Shown here: piece by piece, positions 10,493 to 19,623 of the stretch | How the letters are laid out: each line of letters begins with the position of its first letter | Numbering within the stretch: position 1 is the stretch's first letter | Source: Sulfuricellaceae bacterium | GTDB lineage: Bacteria; Pseudomonadota; Gammaproteobacteria; Burkholderiales; UBA9220 | Direction of reading: 5' to 3' | NCBI GenBank assembly: GCA_050177075.1 | Contig: JBFXHL010000002.1 | Location: forward strand, 808 to 64,807 | DNA: 64,000 bases | Notes under the pieces: generated by a model | Told to the model about the DNA's origin: nothing | The model's database searches: none | Seen by the model: the letters and a program-made list of their open reading frames with translations, nothing else | Position numbers and translations under genes: made by a program

Positions 10493-10601
10493 GTATCAAA
10501 TTCCCGACGGAGTAGGTTTAAACAGGTTCCATTCTAGTACGGAACACGCAAATAAGCAGGTAGGGGTTTCCCTTAAAGAATGACTTTTGGCGCGGAATAT
10601 C

Positions 10602-12320
10602 CTAAAGCGCATAGTGCACCACCGCTTCGTTCCCGTTGCCATCGTAGCGCATGTCGACGCACAGGCTCTTCACCAGAGGGATGCCGCGGCCGGCGGGGGT
10701 GGCGTTGTTGTCCAGGGAACGGCCAAGGAAGGAATGGTAGTCGAAGCCGGGGCCGCTGTCTTTGACCCGGATGCGCAGCAGGCGCTTGCCTTCCATGGTG
10801 AAATGCTCCAACTGGATTTCGATCTCGCCTTCGGCCAGGGTTTCGAGCCTTTCCTGTCGCAACAGGAGGTAGCGGTCGAAGCCGTCAGGCTGTGACTTGA
10901 GGGTGGAATCCAAGCCCAGCAGGCCATGGTCGAGGGCGTTGTTGTAAAGTTCGGAAATGATCAGGAACAGGTGGCTGCTGTGTTCCTTGCCCAGTTCCAT
11001 GGCTTCCAGGTTGTGCAGCAAGAGGGGGATAAGGTCAACATGCCGCAGTTCCGGGGCGCTGACCCCGAAGGTGAAGCTCCAGTGGCCGGAATTCATGGTT
11101 TTGGAACGGGGGGCGACGGTTTCCGGCAGGCTGATTTCCTCTTTCTCGGCCGGGCAGGAAACCATTACCAAGGAGATGTCGTCGTGGGCCGCCAGGTTGC
11201 CAAGGTGTTCCTGCAAGGCGGCGACGAGGGAGATGAAGCGTTGCCGGTCGGTGACGTGTTCCAGGACCTGGAGAAAGCGGGCCTTGCCGAAAGACTGGCC
11301 GGCGGCGTTTTCCGCTTCCAGCAGGCCGTCCGAGCAGATCACCAGTCGGCCCGCGCTATCCCAGGGGTGGATCTCGGTCTGGGAGTTGAACAATTGCTGG
11401 TTGAGAATCCCCAGGGGAAGGTGGCGGGAGGCGAATTGGTGGGTGATTTGGCCATCCTCGGTGACGAAGACCGGGCTGGGGTTGCCGCCGTTCCATACTT
11501 CGATGAGCTTTTCCCGCGGGTTGATGCAGGCGATGACGGCGGCGACGAAACGGTCGGAGGGGGTCAGGGCGCTGATTTTCCGGTTCATCTCCTCGGCGAT
11601 GTGGGAGACGCTGAAGCCTTTTTCCGCCATGCCGTAGAAAATCTGCGTGATGGGCAGCAGGTTCAGGGCGGCGGGAAGCCCGTGGCCGGTGGCGTCGGCG
11701 AGGATGACGTAGAGGTCGTTGCTGCGGGAGCGGGTGGCCGCCACCAGGTCGCCGCTGAAGCGCCGGGCGGGGGAGACCCAGTACTGGAGCATCTTGTCGT
11801 TGAGGCCTTCGGCGTGGATCAGGCGTTTCATCAGCTCGTCGGCGATGCGCTGCTCCTCCTCCGCCTCGTCGCGGTAACGTTCCAACTGCTTGGCGTTCTC
11901 GGCCAGCTGCCGCTGCATCTGGGCGATGCGCCGCATGACGTTGATTTTGGCTTCGAGGATGACGAAATTGATCGGCTTGGTGAGGTAGTCGTCGGCGCCG
12001 ATTTCCAGGCCCTTGGCCTGGTCCTGTTCATGGCTTTTGGCGCTGACGATGATGACCGGCACCCAGTTCTTCGACAGGGCCTTGATTTTGGCGGTGGCCT
12101 CCAGGCCATCCATGACCGGCATCATCACGTCCATCAGCACCATGTCCGGATTCTCCCGGACGAAGGCGTCCACGGCCTCCAGGCCGTTGGTGGCGGTAAT
12201 GACGGCATGTCCGAGGCGGGAGATGAATTTGCTGATGAGAAGCAGATTGGCCTGGGTGTCGTCGGCGACCAGGACTTTTAGCGACCCATTGTCGTGATCT
12301 GCGGGAGAAGTGGGCGGCAT
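10602..12320 (-). CDS. Three-domain partner-switching regulator: REC + PP2C/SpoIIE-type phosphatase + RsbW-like HATPase serine kinase (CrsR/HsbR-like architecture)
   Basis: 572 aa. REC (KVLVADDTQANLL...VLMDVMMPVMDG...YLTKP); PP2C segment (RFSGDLV...ILADATGHGLPAA...ICSDGLLEA); C-terminal kinase-like segment (LIISELYNNALDHG...VKDSGPGF...GRGIPLV). Confidence 0.85.
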   Translation of the reverse strand: MPPTSPADHDNGSLKVLVADDTQANLLLISKFISRLGHAVITATNGLEAVDAFVRENPDMVLMDVMMPVMDGLEATAKIKALSKNWVPVIIVSAKSHEQDQAKGLEIGADDYLTKPINFVILEAKINVMRRIAQMQRQLAENAKQLERYRDEAEEEQRIADELMKRLIHAEGLNDKMLQYWVSPARRFSGDLVAATRSRSNDLYVILADATGHGLPAALNLLPITQIFYGMAEKGFSVSHIAEEMNRKISALTPSDRFVAAVIACINPREKLIEVWNGGNPSPVFVTEDGQITHQFASRHLPLGILNQQLFNSQTEIHPWDSAGRLVICSDGLLEAENAAGQSFGKARFLQVLEHVTDRQRFISLVAALQEHLGNLAAHDDISLVMVSCPAEKEEISLPETVAPRSKTMNSGHWSFTFGVSAPELRHVDLIPLLLHNLEAMELGKEHSSHLFLIISELYNNALDHGLLGLDSTLKSQPDGFDRYLLLRQERLETLAEGEIEIQLEHFTMEGKRLLRIRVKDSGPGFDYHSFLGRSLDNNATPAGRGIPLVKSLCVDMRYDGNGNEAVVHYAL

Positions 12321-12342
12321 GAAGGCGATAAGCGCTTAGGGG

Positions 12343-12365
12343 GCCGGCAAGAAAGACTTGCCGGC
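12343..12365. repeat. Intercistronic GC-rich palindrome (GCCGGCAAG-N5-CTTGCCGGC)
   Basis: Perfect 9-bp stem between the STAS stop and the REC-PP2C start. It shares the GGCAA..TTGCC core with the palindromes at 46017, 51037 and 53995. Confidence 0.5.
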
Positions 12366-12373
12366 GCGGAACC

Positions 12374-12685
12374 TCATTTCATGGTGAAGAGACGGTTGAA
12401 GTTGGCCACTTCCAGCACTTGCATCACCGTGCCGCGGCAGTTGGCCAGCACCAGCTCCTTTTTGGCCGCCGCCGCGCGTTCCTTGAGCAGGAGCAGCATG
12501 CCCAGGGCCGAGCTGTCGAGGTACTCCACGTCCCCCAGGTCGATTTCCAGGGTGTGGATGCTGGCATCGCTGAGGGGTGTGTCGTAACTGCTGCGGAACA
12601 GGCGTTGGGAATTGAAATCGAAACGGCCATTGAGGACGATCCGCGCCGTGCCTTCGCTGATGTGGGTGTTGATTTGCAGTGCCAT
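12374..12685 (-). CDS. STAS-domain anti-sigma-factor antagonist (SpoIIAA/RsbV/HsbA-like)
   Basis: 103 aa with the phosphorylatable-serine context DLGDVEYLDSSALGMLLLL typical of SpoIIAA-family proteins. Located directly upstream of the PP2C/kinase gene. Confidence 0.85.
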   Translation of the reverse strand: MALQINTHISEGTARIVLNGRFDFNSQRLFRSSYDTPLSDASIHTLEIDLGDVEYLDSSALGMLLLLKERAAAAKKELVLANCRGTVMQVLEVANFNRLFTMK

Positions 12686-12720
12686 GGCTCCAACTTTCGT
12701 CTAGGTAGTTGAATGGGATT

Positions 12721-14013
12721 CTAAAACAGCTCGATGTCGCCCGCCGACATTTCCGCCTGGGATACCGGGTTGTGCTTGACCTGCTCCACCAGTTTGGCCG
12801 CCTCGGTCAGGGCTTCCTTGAAGTGCTGCAGGCGGAGGCGGCATTCGATGCTGGCCTCGGTTGCCGAGCTCTCTTCGGCCAGGGGGATGGCGGCGATGCT
12901 ATCCATCACCGATTCCATGGCCGCGATGCGTTTGTCGATATGGCCGAGGAGCTGGGTGGTGAGGTCCTGGAACTGGAGGGAGGTGATAGCGGTGTTGACG
13001 TTCTGCTCCACCTGTCCGGAAATATCGGTCAGTTCGCTGACGGCGTCGGCCATTTCCTGGTTGAGGGTTTGGATGTTGTCCATCATCTCCTGCACCCGGG
13101 TCTTGTTGCGCAGGGCGAAGTTCATGTCCTTGGAGGCCAGGGCGTTGATCGCGCTTTCCGCCTGGGTGACGGACTGGTGGACGGTTTCCATGTGGCTGCG
13201 GATCTGGTCGCTGAAATGGTTGGAGCGGTTGGACAGGCTGCGCACTTCGTCGGCCACCACCGCGAAACCGCGCCCCGCCTCGCCGGCCCGGGCCGCCTCG
13301 ATGGCCGCGTTGAGGGCGAGGAGGTTGGTCTGCTTGGAGATGGCCTCGATCTCGCCGAGGATGCCGAGGATGTGGGACACTTCGGCGGTGACGCTATCCA
13401 TCATTTCCACCAGGCTCATGGCCGTCTTGCTGGTCTCGATGGTGGATTCCACGAACAGGGACAAGGTGTCGGAGGTTTCCTTGACGAAGCCTTCGAAGCT
13501 GATGGGGAAGGCCTGCCCCGCTTTCTCGGACTCCGCCTCGTGCCCGGATTCTTCGCCATTGTGCCGCGCGGTGAGCTTCAGGGCGATCTCCTGCTGGCGG
13601 CGGCTTTCCTCGTTGAGGTTGGTGAAGCTGGTGATCAGCTTGTCGATGGCGTCGGTGAGAATGGTCCGTACCTGGGTCACCTCGTCCTGCATGGTCCGGT
13701 ACTGGCTGTTGAACTCCGCCGACAGCTCGGTGAACAGGGCATGGGTTTCCTTGGTGACGGCGTCGATTTCCCCATCCACGGCGCGCCAGCTGTCCACTTC
13801 CTGCCGTTGCACCTTGGCGATGGTGCGGTAAAAGATGAAGGCCCAGCCGAAATAGACCACGCCGAAAATCAGCAGGCTGCCGGGCGAGAAAAGGGAGGCA
13901 AACAGCTTGAATTCGCCGCTGTACCAGATGCCGGCCACCCCGACGAGGAACAGCACCCCGCCGAGGAGCATGGCCTGGGTGAAGGGAACGATGGTTTTAG
14001 ATTTTATTGGCAT
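12721..14013 (-). CDS. Methyl-accepting chemotaxis protein with two N-terminal TM helices and almost no periplasmic loop
   Basis: 430 aa. Highly conserved MCP hairpin tip ([37 protein letters not shown]). N-terminal hydrophobic segments [16 protein letters not shown] and [15 protein letters not shown] are separated by only about 12 residues. Confidence 0.9.
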   Translation of the reverse strand: MPIKSKTIVPFTQAMLLGGVLFLVGVAGIWYSGEFKLFASLFSPGSLLIFGVVYFGWAFIFYRTIAKVQRQEVDSWRAVDGEIDAVTKETHALFTELSAEFNSQYRTMQDEVTQVRTILTDAIDKLITSFTNLNEESRRQQEIALKLTARHNGEESGHEAESEKAGQAFPISFEGFVKETSDTLSLFVESTIETSKTAMSLVEMMDSVTAEVSHILGILGEIEAISKQTNLLALNAAIEAARAGEAGRGFAVVADEVRSLSNRSNHFSDQIRSHMETVHQSVTQAESAINALASKDMNFALRNKTRVQEMMDNIQTLNQEMADAVSELTDISGQVEQNVNTAITSLQFQDLTTQLLGHIDKRIAAMESVMDSIAAIPLAEESSATEASIECRLRLQHFKEALTEAAKLVEQVKHNPVSQAEMSAGDIELF

Positions 14014-14090
14014 GTAACCCCACGATCAGCCTGGTGAAGGGCGGCCTTCCATTCAGTGGAGGCCACCTCCATTATGGGTAAGCGGCCGGG

Positions 14091-14119
14091 TAAAAACAAG
14101 CCCATGATTTGCCGGGCTT
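14091..14119 (-). terminator. Candidate terminator after fabI (usable in both directions)
   Basis: AAGCCC-N10-GGGCTT hairpin. On the minus strand it is followed by GTTTTTA; on the plus strand by ATTCTTTTT. Confidence 0.45.
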
Positions 14120-14141
14120 ATTCTTTTTCCGGCGGCGCGGG

Positions 14142-14936
14142 TCAAACCTCGTCCGGGTTGCCCAGGGCGGTGATGTTGAAGCCGCCGTCCACGTAGGTGA
14201 TTTCGCCGGTGACGCCGGAAGCCAGGTCGCTGCACAGGAAGGCGGCCACGTTGCCCACTTCCTCGATGGTCACGTTGCGGCGCAGGGGGGCGTTGCGCTC
14301 GTTGTAGCCCAGCAGCTTGTTGAAGTCGCCGATGCCGGCGGCGGCCAGGGTCTTGATCGGGCCGGCGGAAACGCCGTTGACGCGGATGCCCTTGGGACCC
14401 AGGCTGGCGGCCATGTAGCGCACGTTGGCTTCCAGGCTGGCCTTGGCCAGGCCCATGACGTTGTAGTGGGGCACGTAGCGCTCCGCGCCCAGGTAGGACA
14501 GGGTCAGCAGGGAGGCTTTGCGGCCCAGCATCATGGGCAGGCCGGCCTTGGCCAGGGCGGCGAAGCTGTAGGAGCTGATGTCGTGGGCGATGCGGAAGCC
14601 TTCCCGGGTCACGCTGTCGAGGAAGTCGTTGTCCAGTTCGCCCTTGGGGGCGTAGGCGATGGAGTGGACGATGCCGTCCAGGCCGTCCCACTGCTTGCCG
14701 AGGTCGGCGAACAGCTGGTTGATTTCGTCGTCGCTGGCCACGTCGCAGGGATAGACGGCGGAGCCGGCGAAATCCTTGCCGACGATATCTTCCACGCGGC
14801 CCTTGATCTTCTCGTTCTGATAAGTGAAGGCCAGTTCGGCGCCCTCGCGGTGCATGGCCTTGGCGATGCCGAAGGCGATGGAGCGGTTGCTGATCAGGCC
14901 GGTGATGAGAATGCGTTTATCAGCCAGAAATCCCAT
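14142..14936 (-). CDS. fabI: Enoyl-[acyl-carrier-protein] reductase (NADH) FabI
   Basis: 264 aa: [28 protein letters not shown]...[24 protein letters not shown]...[11 protein letters not shown]. Confidence 0.95.
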   Translation of the reverse strand: MGFLADKRILITGLISNRSIAFGIAKAMHREGAELAFTYQNEKIKGRVEDIVGKDFAGSAVYPCDVASDDEINQLFADLGKQWDGLDGIVHSIAYAPKGELDNDFLDSVTREGFRIAHDISSYSFAALAKAGLPMMLGRKASLLTLSYLGAERYVPHYNVMGLAKASLEANVRYMAASLGPKGIRVNGVSAGPIKTLAAAGIGDFNKLLGYNERNAPLRRNVTIEEVGNVAAFLCSDLASGVTGEITYVDGGFNITALGNPDEV

Positions 14937-15083
14937 AGGTTTCCCTCTTTGACATGGATGGCAGGAAGTGTCGTTGTATTTGGTGAATGGGGCGGATTAT
15001 AACCCAGATTGGCCATGGGGCTCACCCGCCGCCGGGAAACTGGCGAGAGGCCGTGAATTGCCGTATATTCGGGCGGACTGACG

Positions 15084-17249
15084 ATGGAAATCCGACAACC
15101 GGCCAACATGCGCTTTCTCCTTCCGGGCTTGATGCTCTTGCTGCTGGCGGCCTGCGACGGCACCGCCTGGAACAATCCCTATCCCGCCGCCGAGGCCGGC
15201 AAGAACATCCTCTACACGGCCTTCACGGGGCGGCCCAAGCACCTGGACCCGGCCCAGTCCTACACCGAGGACGAGGCGGCGTTCACCGCCCAGATCTACC
15301 AGCCCCCCTTGCAGTACCACTACCTCAAGCGGCCCTATACCCTGATCCCCTTCGCCGCGACGGAGGTGCCCAAGCCGCGCTTCTTCGACGCCGCCGGCCG
15401 CCCCCTGCCCCAAAACGTCGACCCGGCGAAGGTGGCCTACAGCGTGTACGACATCCATATCCGCCCCGGCATCCGCTACCAGCCCCATCCCGCCTTCGCC
15501 TTGGATGCCGGCGGCAAGCCGCGCTATTTCGACCTTACTCAGACGGCGCTGGCGAAAATCGACACCCTGGCGGACTTCAAGGAAACCGGAACCCGCGAAC
15601 TGACGGCGGCGGACTACGTCTACCAGATCAAGCGCCTGGCCCATCCCCACCTGCATTCGCCCATTTTCGGCCTGATGAGCCAATACATCGTCGGCCTCAA
15701 GGACTACGCCGCCACCCTGGAGCGTGCCGACAAGGCTAGGGCCGGCCCGTGGCTGGATTTGCGGGCCTATCCCCTGGAAGGGGCGCAGACGGTGGACCGC
15801 TACACCTACCGGATAAAGGTCAAGGGCAAGTATCCCCAGTTCCAGTACTGGCTGGCCATGCCCTTCTTCGCCCCCATCCCCTGGGAGGCGGACCGCTTCT
15901 ACGCCCAGCCCGGCCTGGCGGAGAAGAACATCAGCCTCGATTGGTATCCGGTGGGAACCGGGCCCTACATGCTGAGCGAGAACGATCCCAACCGGCGCAT
16001 GGTGCTGACCCGCAACCCCAATTACGGCGGCGAGACCTACCCCACGGAAGGCGAGCCGGGGGACCGGGCCGCCGGGCTCCTGGCCGATGCCGGCAAGCCC
16101 CTGCCCTTCATCGACCAGGTGGTGTTCACCCTGGAGAAGGAAACCATCCCCTACTGGAACAAGTTCCTCCAGGGCTATTACGACGCCTCCGGCATCAGCT
16201 CCGACAACTTCGACCAGGCGGTGCAGATTTCCGGCGGCGAGGCGCGGCTCACCGAAGACATGGAAAAGCAGGGCATCCAGCTGCGCACTTCGGTGGCCAC
16301 CAGCGACATGTACATGGGCTTCAACATGCTCGACCCCACCGTCGGCGGCTATACGGAAAAGGCCCGCAAGCTGCGGCAGGCCATTTCCATCGCCGTGGAT
16401 TTCGAGGAGTTCATCTCCATTTTCGCCAACGGTCGCGGCATCGCCGCCCAGGGGCCGATTCCGCCGGGCATCTTCGGCTACCGGGGGGGCAAGGACGGAA
16501 TCAATCCCTACGTCTACGACTGGGTGGACGGCAAGCCGAAGCGCAAGTCCATCGCCTACGCCAGGCAGCTCCTGGCCGAAGCGGGCTATCCCGGGGGACG
16601 CGATGCCGCCACCGGCAAGCCCCTGCTGGTTTATCTCGATACCACAGCCACCGGCCTGGGCAGCAAGTCCCGGGTGGACTGGCTGCAGAAGCAGTTCCAG
16701 AAAATCGACGTCCAGCTGGTGGTGCGGGCCACGGACTGGAACCGTTTCCAGGACAAGATTCGCAAGGGCAACGCCCAGCTGTTTTTCTTCGGCTGGAACG
16801 CCGACTACCCCGACCCGGAGAATTTCCTCTTCCTCTTCTACGGCCCCCACAGCCGCGCCAAGGGGGAGGGGGAGAATGCCGCCAACTACGACAATCCGGA
16901 CTACGACCGTTTGTTCGAGCGCATGAAGAACATGGACAACGGACCCGAGCGCCAGGCCATCATCGACCAGATGGTGCAGATTTTGCGCCGGGATGCGCCG
17001 TGGATTTTCGGCTACCATCCCAAGGATTTCGTCCTCGCCCATGCCTGGACCCATAACCGAAAACCCAATCAGATGGCCAACAACGCCCTCAAATACCAGC
17101 GCATCGACCCCGCCCTGCGGGAGCGGATGCGCGCCCGGTGGAACCGCCCCGTGCTGTGGCCCTTGCTGCTGACGCTGCTGATGCTGGCGGCGGCGGTGGC
17201 GCCGGCGTGGCAGGCCTACCGGCGCCACGAGAAGGAAACGGCGCGATGA
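15084..17249 (+). CDS. ABC transporter substrate-binding lipoprotein, peptide/oligopeptide family 5 (SapA/YejA-like)
   Basis: 721 aa with a lipobox (LLLLAAC) and family-5 solute-binding features throughout. An extra C-terminal hydrophobic helix is present (see findings). Confidence 0.85.
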   Translation: MEIRQPANMRFLLPGLMLLLLAACDGTAWNNPYPAAEAGKNILYTAFTGRPKHLDPAQSYTEDEAAFTAQIYQPPLQYHYLKRPYTLIPFAATEVPKPRFFDAAGRPLPQNVDPAKVAYSVYDIHIRPGIRYQPHPAFALDAGGKPRYFDLTQTALAKIDTLADFKETGTRELTAADYVYQIKRLAHPHLHSPIFGLMSQYIVGLKDYAATLERADKARAGPWLDLRAYPLEGAQTVDRYTYRIKVKGKYPQFQYWLAMPFFAPIPWEADRFYAQPGLAEKNISLDWYPVGTGPYMLSENDPNRRMVLTRNPNYGGETYPTEGEPGDRAAGLLADAGKPLPFIDQVVFTLEKETIPYWNKFLQGYYDASGISSDNFDQAVQISGGEARLTEDMEKQGIQLRTSVATSDMYMGFNMLDPTVGGYTEKARKLRQAISIAVDFEEFISIFANGRGIAAQGPIPPGIFGYRGGKDGINPYVYDWVDGKPKRKSIAYARQLLAEAGYPGGRDAATGKPLLVYLDTTATGLGSKSRVDWLQKQFQKIDVQLVVRATDWNRFQDKIRKGNAQLFFFGWNADYPDPENFLFLFYGPHSRAKGEGENAANYDNPDYDRLFERMKNMDNGPERQAIIDQMVQILRRDAPWIFGYHPKDFVLAHAWTHNRKPNQMANNALKYQRIDPALRERMRARWNRPVLWPLLLTLLMLAAAVAPAWQAYRRHEKETAR

Positions 17250-18223
17250 TCGCCTACGTCCTGCGCCGCGCGCTTTACGCCCTGCCGATACTGCTGGGGG
17301 TGAACGTCATCACCTTCGTCCTGTTCTTCATGGTCAACACCCCGGACGACATGGCGCGCATGAACCTGGGGGTGAAGCACGTGACCCAGGAGGCCATCGA
17401 CAAGTGGAAGGCCGAGCGGGGCTACGACAAGCCCCTGCTGGTCAACCGCTCGGCCGCCGGGATGAAAAAGCTCACCGAGACCATTTTCTTCGAGAAATCC
17501 GTCGGCATGTTCGCCTTCGACTTCGGCCGCGCCGACGACGGCCGCGACATCGCCCGGGAAATCCGGCACCGCATGGGGCCCAGCCTGGCCATCGCCCTGC
17601 CGGTGTTCGCCGTGGGACTGGCGGTGAACATCACCTTCGCCCTGCTGATGGTCTTCTTCCGCGCCAGCTACCTGGATTTTGTCGGCGTCGTGCTGTGCGT
17701 GGCGATGATGTCCATTTCCGGTCTGTTCTACATCATCGCCGGCCAGTATCTGGTGAGCAAGCTGTGGCATCTGGTGCCCATTTCCGGTTTCGCCGATGGG
17801 GTGGACGCCGTCAAATTCCTGGTGCTGCCGGTGGCCATCGGCGTGGTGTCCGGCATCGGCGCCGGCGCCCGCTGGTACCGCACCCTGTTCCTGGAGGAAA
17901 TGAGCCGCGATTACGTGCGCACCGCCCGTGCCAAGGGCCTGTCCGAGGCGGCGGTGCTGTTCCGCCACGTGCTGCAGAACGCCCTCATCCCCATCCTCAC
18001 CGGCGCGGTGGTGGTGATTCCCCTGCTGTTCATGGGCAGCCTGATCACCGAGTCCTTCTTCGGCATCCCGGGCCTCGGCAGCTACACCATCGACGCCATC
18101 AACGCCCAGGACTTCGCCGTGGTTCGGGCCATGGTGTTTCTCGGCTCCTTTCTCTACATCGTCGGCCTGGTGCTGACGGATATTTCCTACACCCTGGTGG
18201 ACCCCCGGATACGCCTCGAATGA
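17246..18223 (+). CDS. ABC transporter permease (DppB/SapB/YejB-like)
   Basis: Start moved to the ATG at 17246 (MIAYVLRRALYALPILLGVNVITFVLFF), which forms an ATGA overlap with the upstream stop. Multiple TM segments and an EAA-like loop (YVRTARAKGLSE). Confidence 0.85.
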   Translation: MIAYVLRRALYALPILLGVNVITFVLFFMVNTPDDMARMNLGVKHVTQEAIDKWKAERGYDKPLLVNRSAAGMKKLTETIFFEKSVGMFAFDFGRADDGRDIAREIRHRMGPSLAIALPVFAVGLAVNITFALLMVFFRASYLDFVGVVLCVAMMSISGLFYIIAGQYLVSKLWHLVPISGFADGVDAVKFLVLPVAIGVVSGIGAGARWYRTLFLEEMSRDYVRTARAKGLSEAAVLFRHVLQNALIPILTGAVVVIPLLFMGSLITESFFGIPGLGSYTIDAINAQDFAVVRAMVFLGSFLYIVGLVLTDISYTLVDPRIRLE

Positions 18224-19623
18224 TTCAGCCCGTCATCCTCTGGACCGATGCCCTGATCTTCCTGCTGCTGGCGGCGGCGGTGGCGTTCGCGCTCTACGCC
18301 CGTCGCCAGCCGCACCTGCGGGACCCCCTGCACCGCGTGGCCCGCAGCCCGGTGGGAATGGCGTCCATGGTGGTGCTGGGGGCCTACTTGGCCATCGGCC
18401 TGCTGGATTCCCTCCACTTCCGTCCCTCCTTGCCGGGCAAGCCCGGTGCGGGGGTGCAGTACGCGGTGGAAACCCTCAGCGTCCTCGACTGGCTCGCCAC
18501 CCCCTTGCGGGAGCAGGTGGAAAAGACCTATTCCGCCCCCTTCGCCACCCATGCCTACGCCAAGGAGGCGGTGGAGCTGCCCGACGGAAGGGAGGCGAGG
18601 GATTTCCCCCGCCTCAAGTACGGCGGCGCCCAGTTGGCCGACCCGGCGCGGGAGAAGTGGCCGGATATCATGACCCGCGCCCTCAAGGCGGCGGTGATGG
18701 CCCTGGCCGCCTGGTTCCTGGCGGCCGTCGGTGTGTGCGCCTGGTTGGCCCAACGTGGCGGGGAAAGCCTGCCGGCGGCGTGGCGCGACGTCTGGGGCGG
18801 TAAAACCGCAATTCCGTGGCGGGTGGGCCTTCTGGCCTTGGGCGTGCTATTCCTGCTGGCCTTTCCCACCGTGGCGCTTTCCACCCACTACCATATCCTG
18901 GGCACCGACAAGGTGGGCCAGGACGTGTTCTTCCAGACCCTGAAAAGCGTGCGCACCGGCCTGGTGATCGGCACCCTCACCACCCTGGTGATGCTGCCCT
19001 TCGCCGTGCTGCTGGGCATCATGGCGGGCTATTTCCGCGGCTGGGTGGACGATGGGATCCAGTACCTCTACACCACCCTCAACTCCATCCCCGGCGTGCT
19101 GCTGATCGCGGCGGCGGTGCTGATGATGCAGGTGTGGATGGAGAGCAATCCGGACCTGTTCGACACCGTGGCGGCGAGGGCCGACGCCCGCCTCTTCTTC
19201 CTTTGCGCCATTCTCGGCGTCACCAGCTGGACCGGGCTGTGCCGCCTGTTGCGGGGGGAGACCCTGAAGCTGCGGGAGCTGGATTACATCCAGGCCGCCC
19301 AGGCCTTCGGCGTTTCCCACTGGCGCATCATTCTGCGCCATATCCTGCCCAACCTCATGCACATCGTCCTGATCACCGTGGTCATGGATTTTTCCGGCCT
19401 GGTGCTGGCGGAAGCGGTGCTGTCCTACGTGGGCGTGGGCGTGGACCCCACCATGCAGAGCTGGGGCAACATGATCAACAGCGCCCGCCTGGAAATGGCC
19501 CGGGAGCCCATGGTCTGGTGGACCCTGGCGGCAGCCTTCCTGTTCATGTTCGTCCTGGTGCTGTTCGCCAACCTCTTCGCCGACACGGTGCGGGACGCTT
19601 TCGACCCGAGGGCCCGGCGATGA
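18220..19623 (+). CDS. ABC transporter permease (DppC/SapC/YejE-like, long N-terminal extension)
   Basis: Start at the ATG at 18220 (MIQPVILWTDALIFLLLAAAV), ATGA-coupled to the previous gene. C-terminal BPD-transporter core (DYIQAAQAFGVSHWRIILRHILPN). Confidence 0.85.
   Translation: MIQPVILWTDALIFLLLAAAVAFALYARRQPHLRDPLHRVARSPVGMASMVVLGAYLAIGLLDSLHFRPSLPGKPGAGVQYAVETLSVLDWLATPLREQVEKTYSAPFATHAYAKEAVELPDGREARDFPRLKYGGAQLADPAREKWPDIMTRALKAAVMALAAWFLAAVGVCAWLAQRGGESLPAAWRDVWGGKTAIPWRVGLLALGVLFLLAFPTVALSTHYHILGTDKVGQDVFFQTLKSVRTGLVIGTLTTLVMLPFAVLLGIMAGYFRGWVDDGIQYLYTTLNSIPGVLLIAAAVLMMQVWMESNPDLFDTVAARADARLFFLCAILGVTSWTGLCRLLRGETLKLRELDYIQAAQAFGVSHWRIILRHILPNLMHIVLITVVMDFSGLVLAEAVLSYVGVGVDPTMQSWGNMINSARLEMAREPMVWWTLAAAFLFMFVLVLFANLFADTVRDAFDPRARR

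Noticed and set aside
14014-14090. Search for a sigma-28 or sigma-54 promoter upstream of the Che operon (MCP gene)
   Set aside because: No TAAA-N15-GCCGATAA or GG-N10-GC match was found on the minus strand. The promoter type for this operon remains unknown.
14997-17228. 743-aa ORF antisense to the substrate-binding protein gene
   Set aside because: A shadow ORF opposite a gene with a clear lipobox and family-5 features, with no motifs of its own.
17138-17245. 5' extensions of the permease and ATPase ORFs in the ABC operon (also 17404-18219 and 18816-19619)
   Set aside because: Internal ATGs at 17246, 18220 and 19620 each form ATGA stop/start couplings and give canonical N-termini. The extensions overlap upstream genes out of frame.
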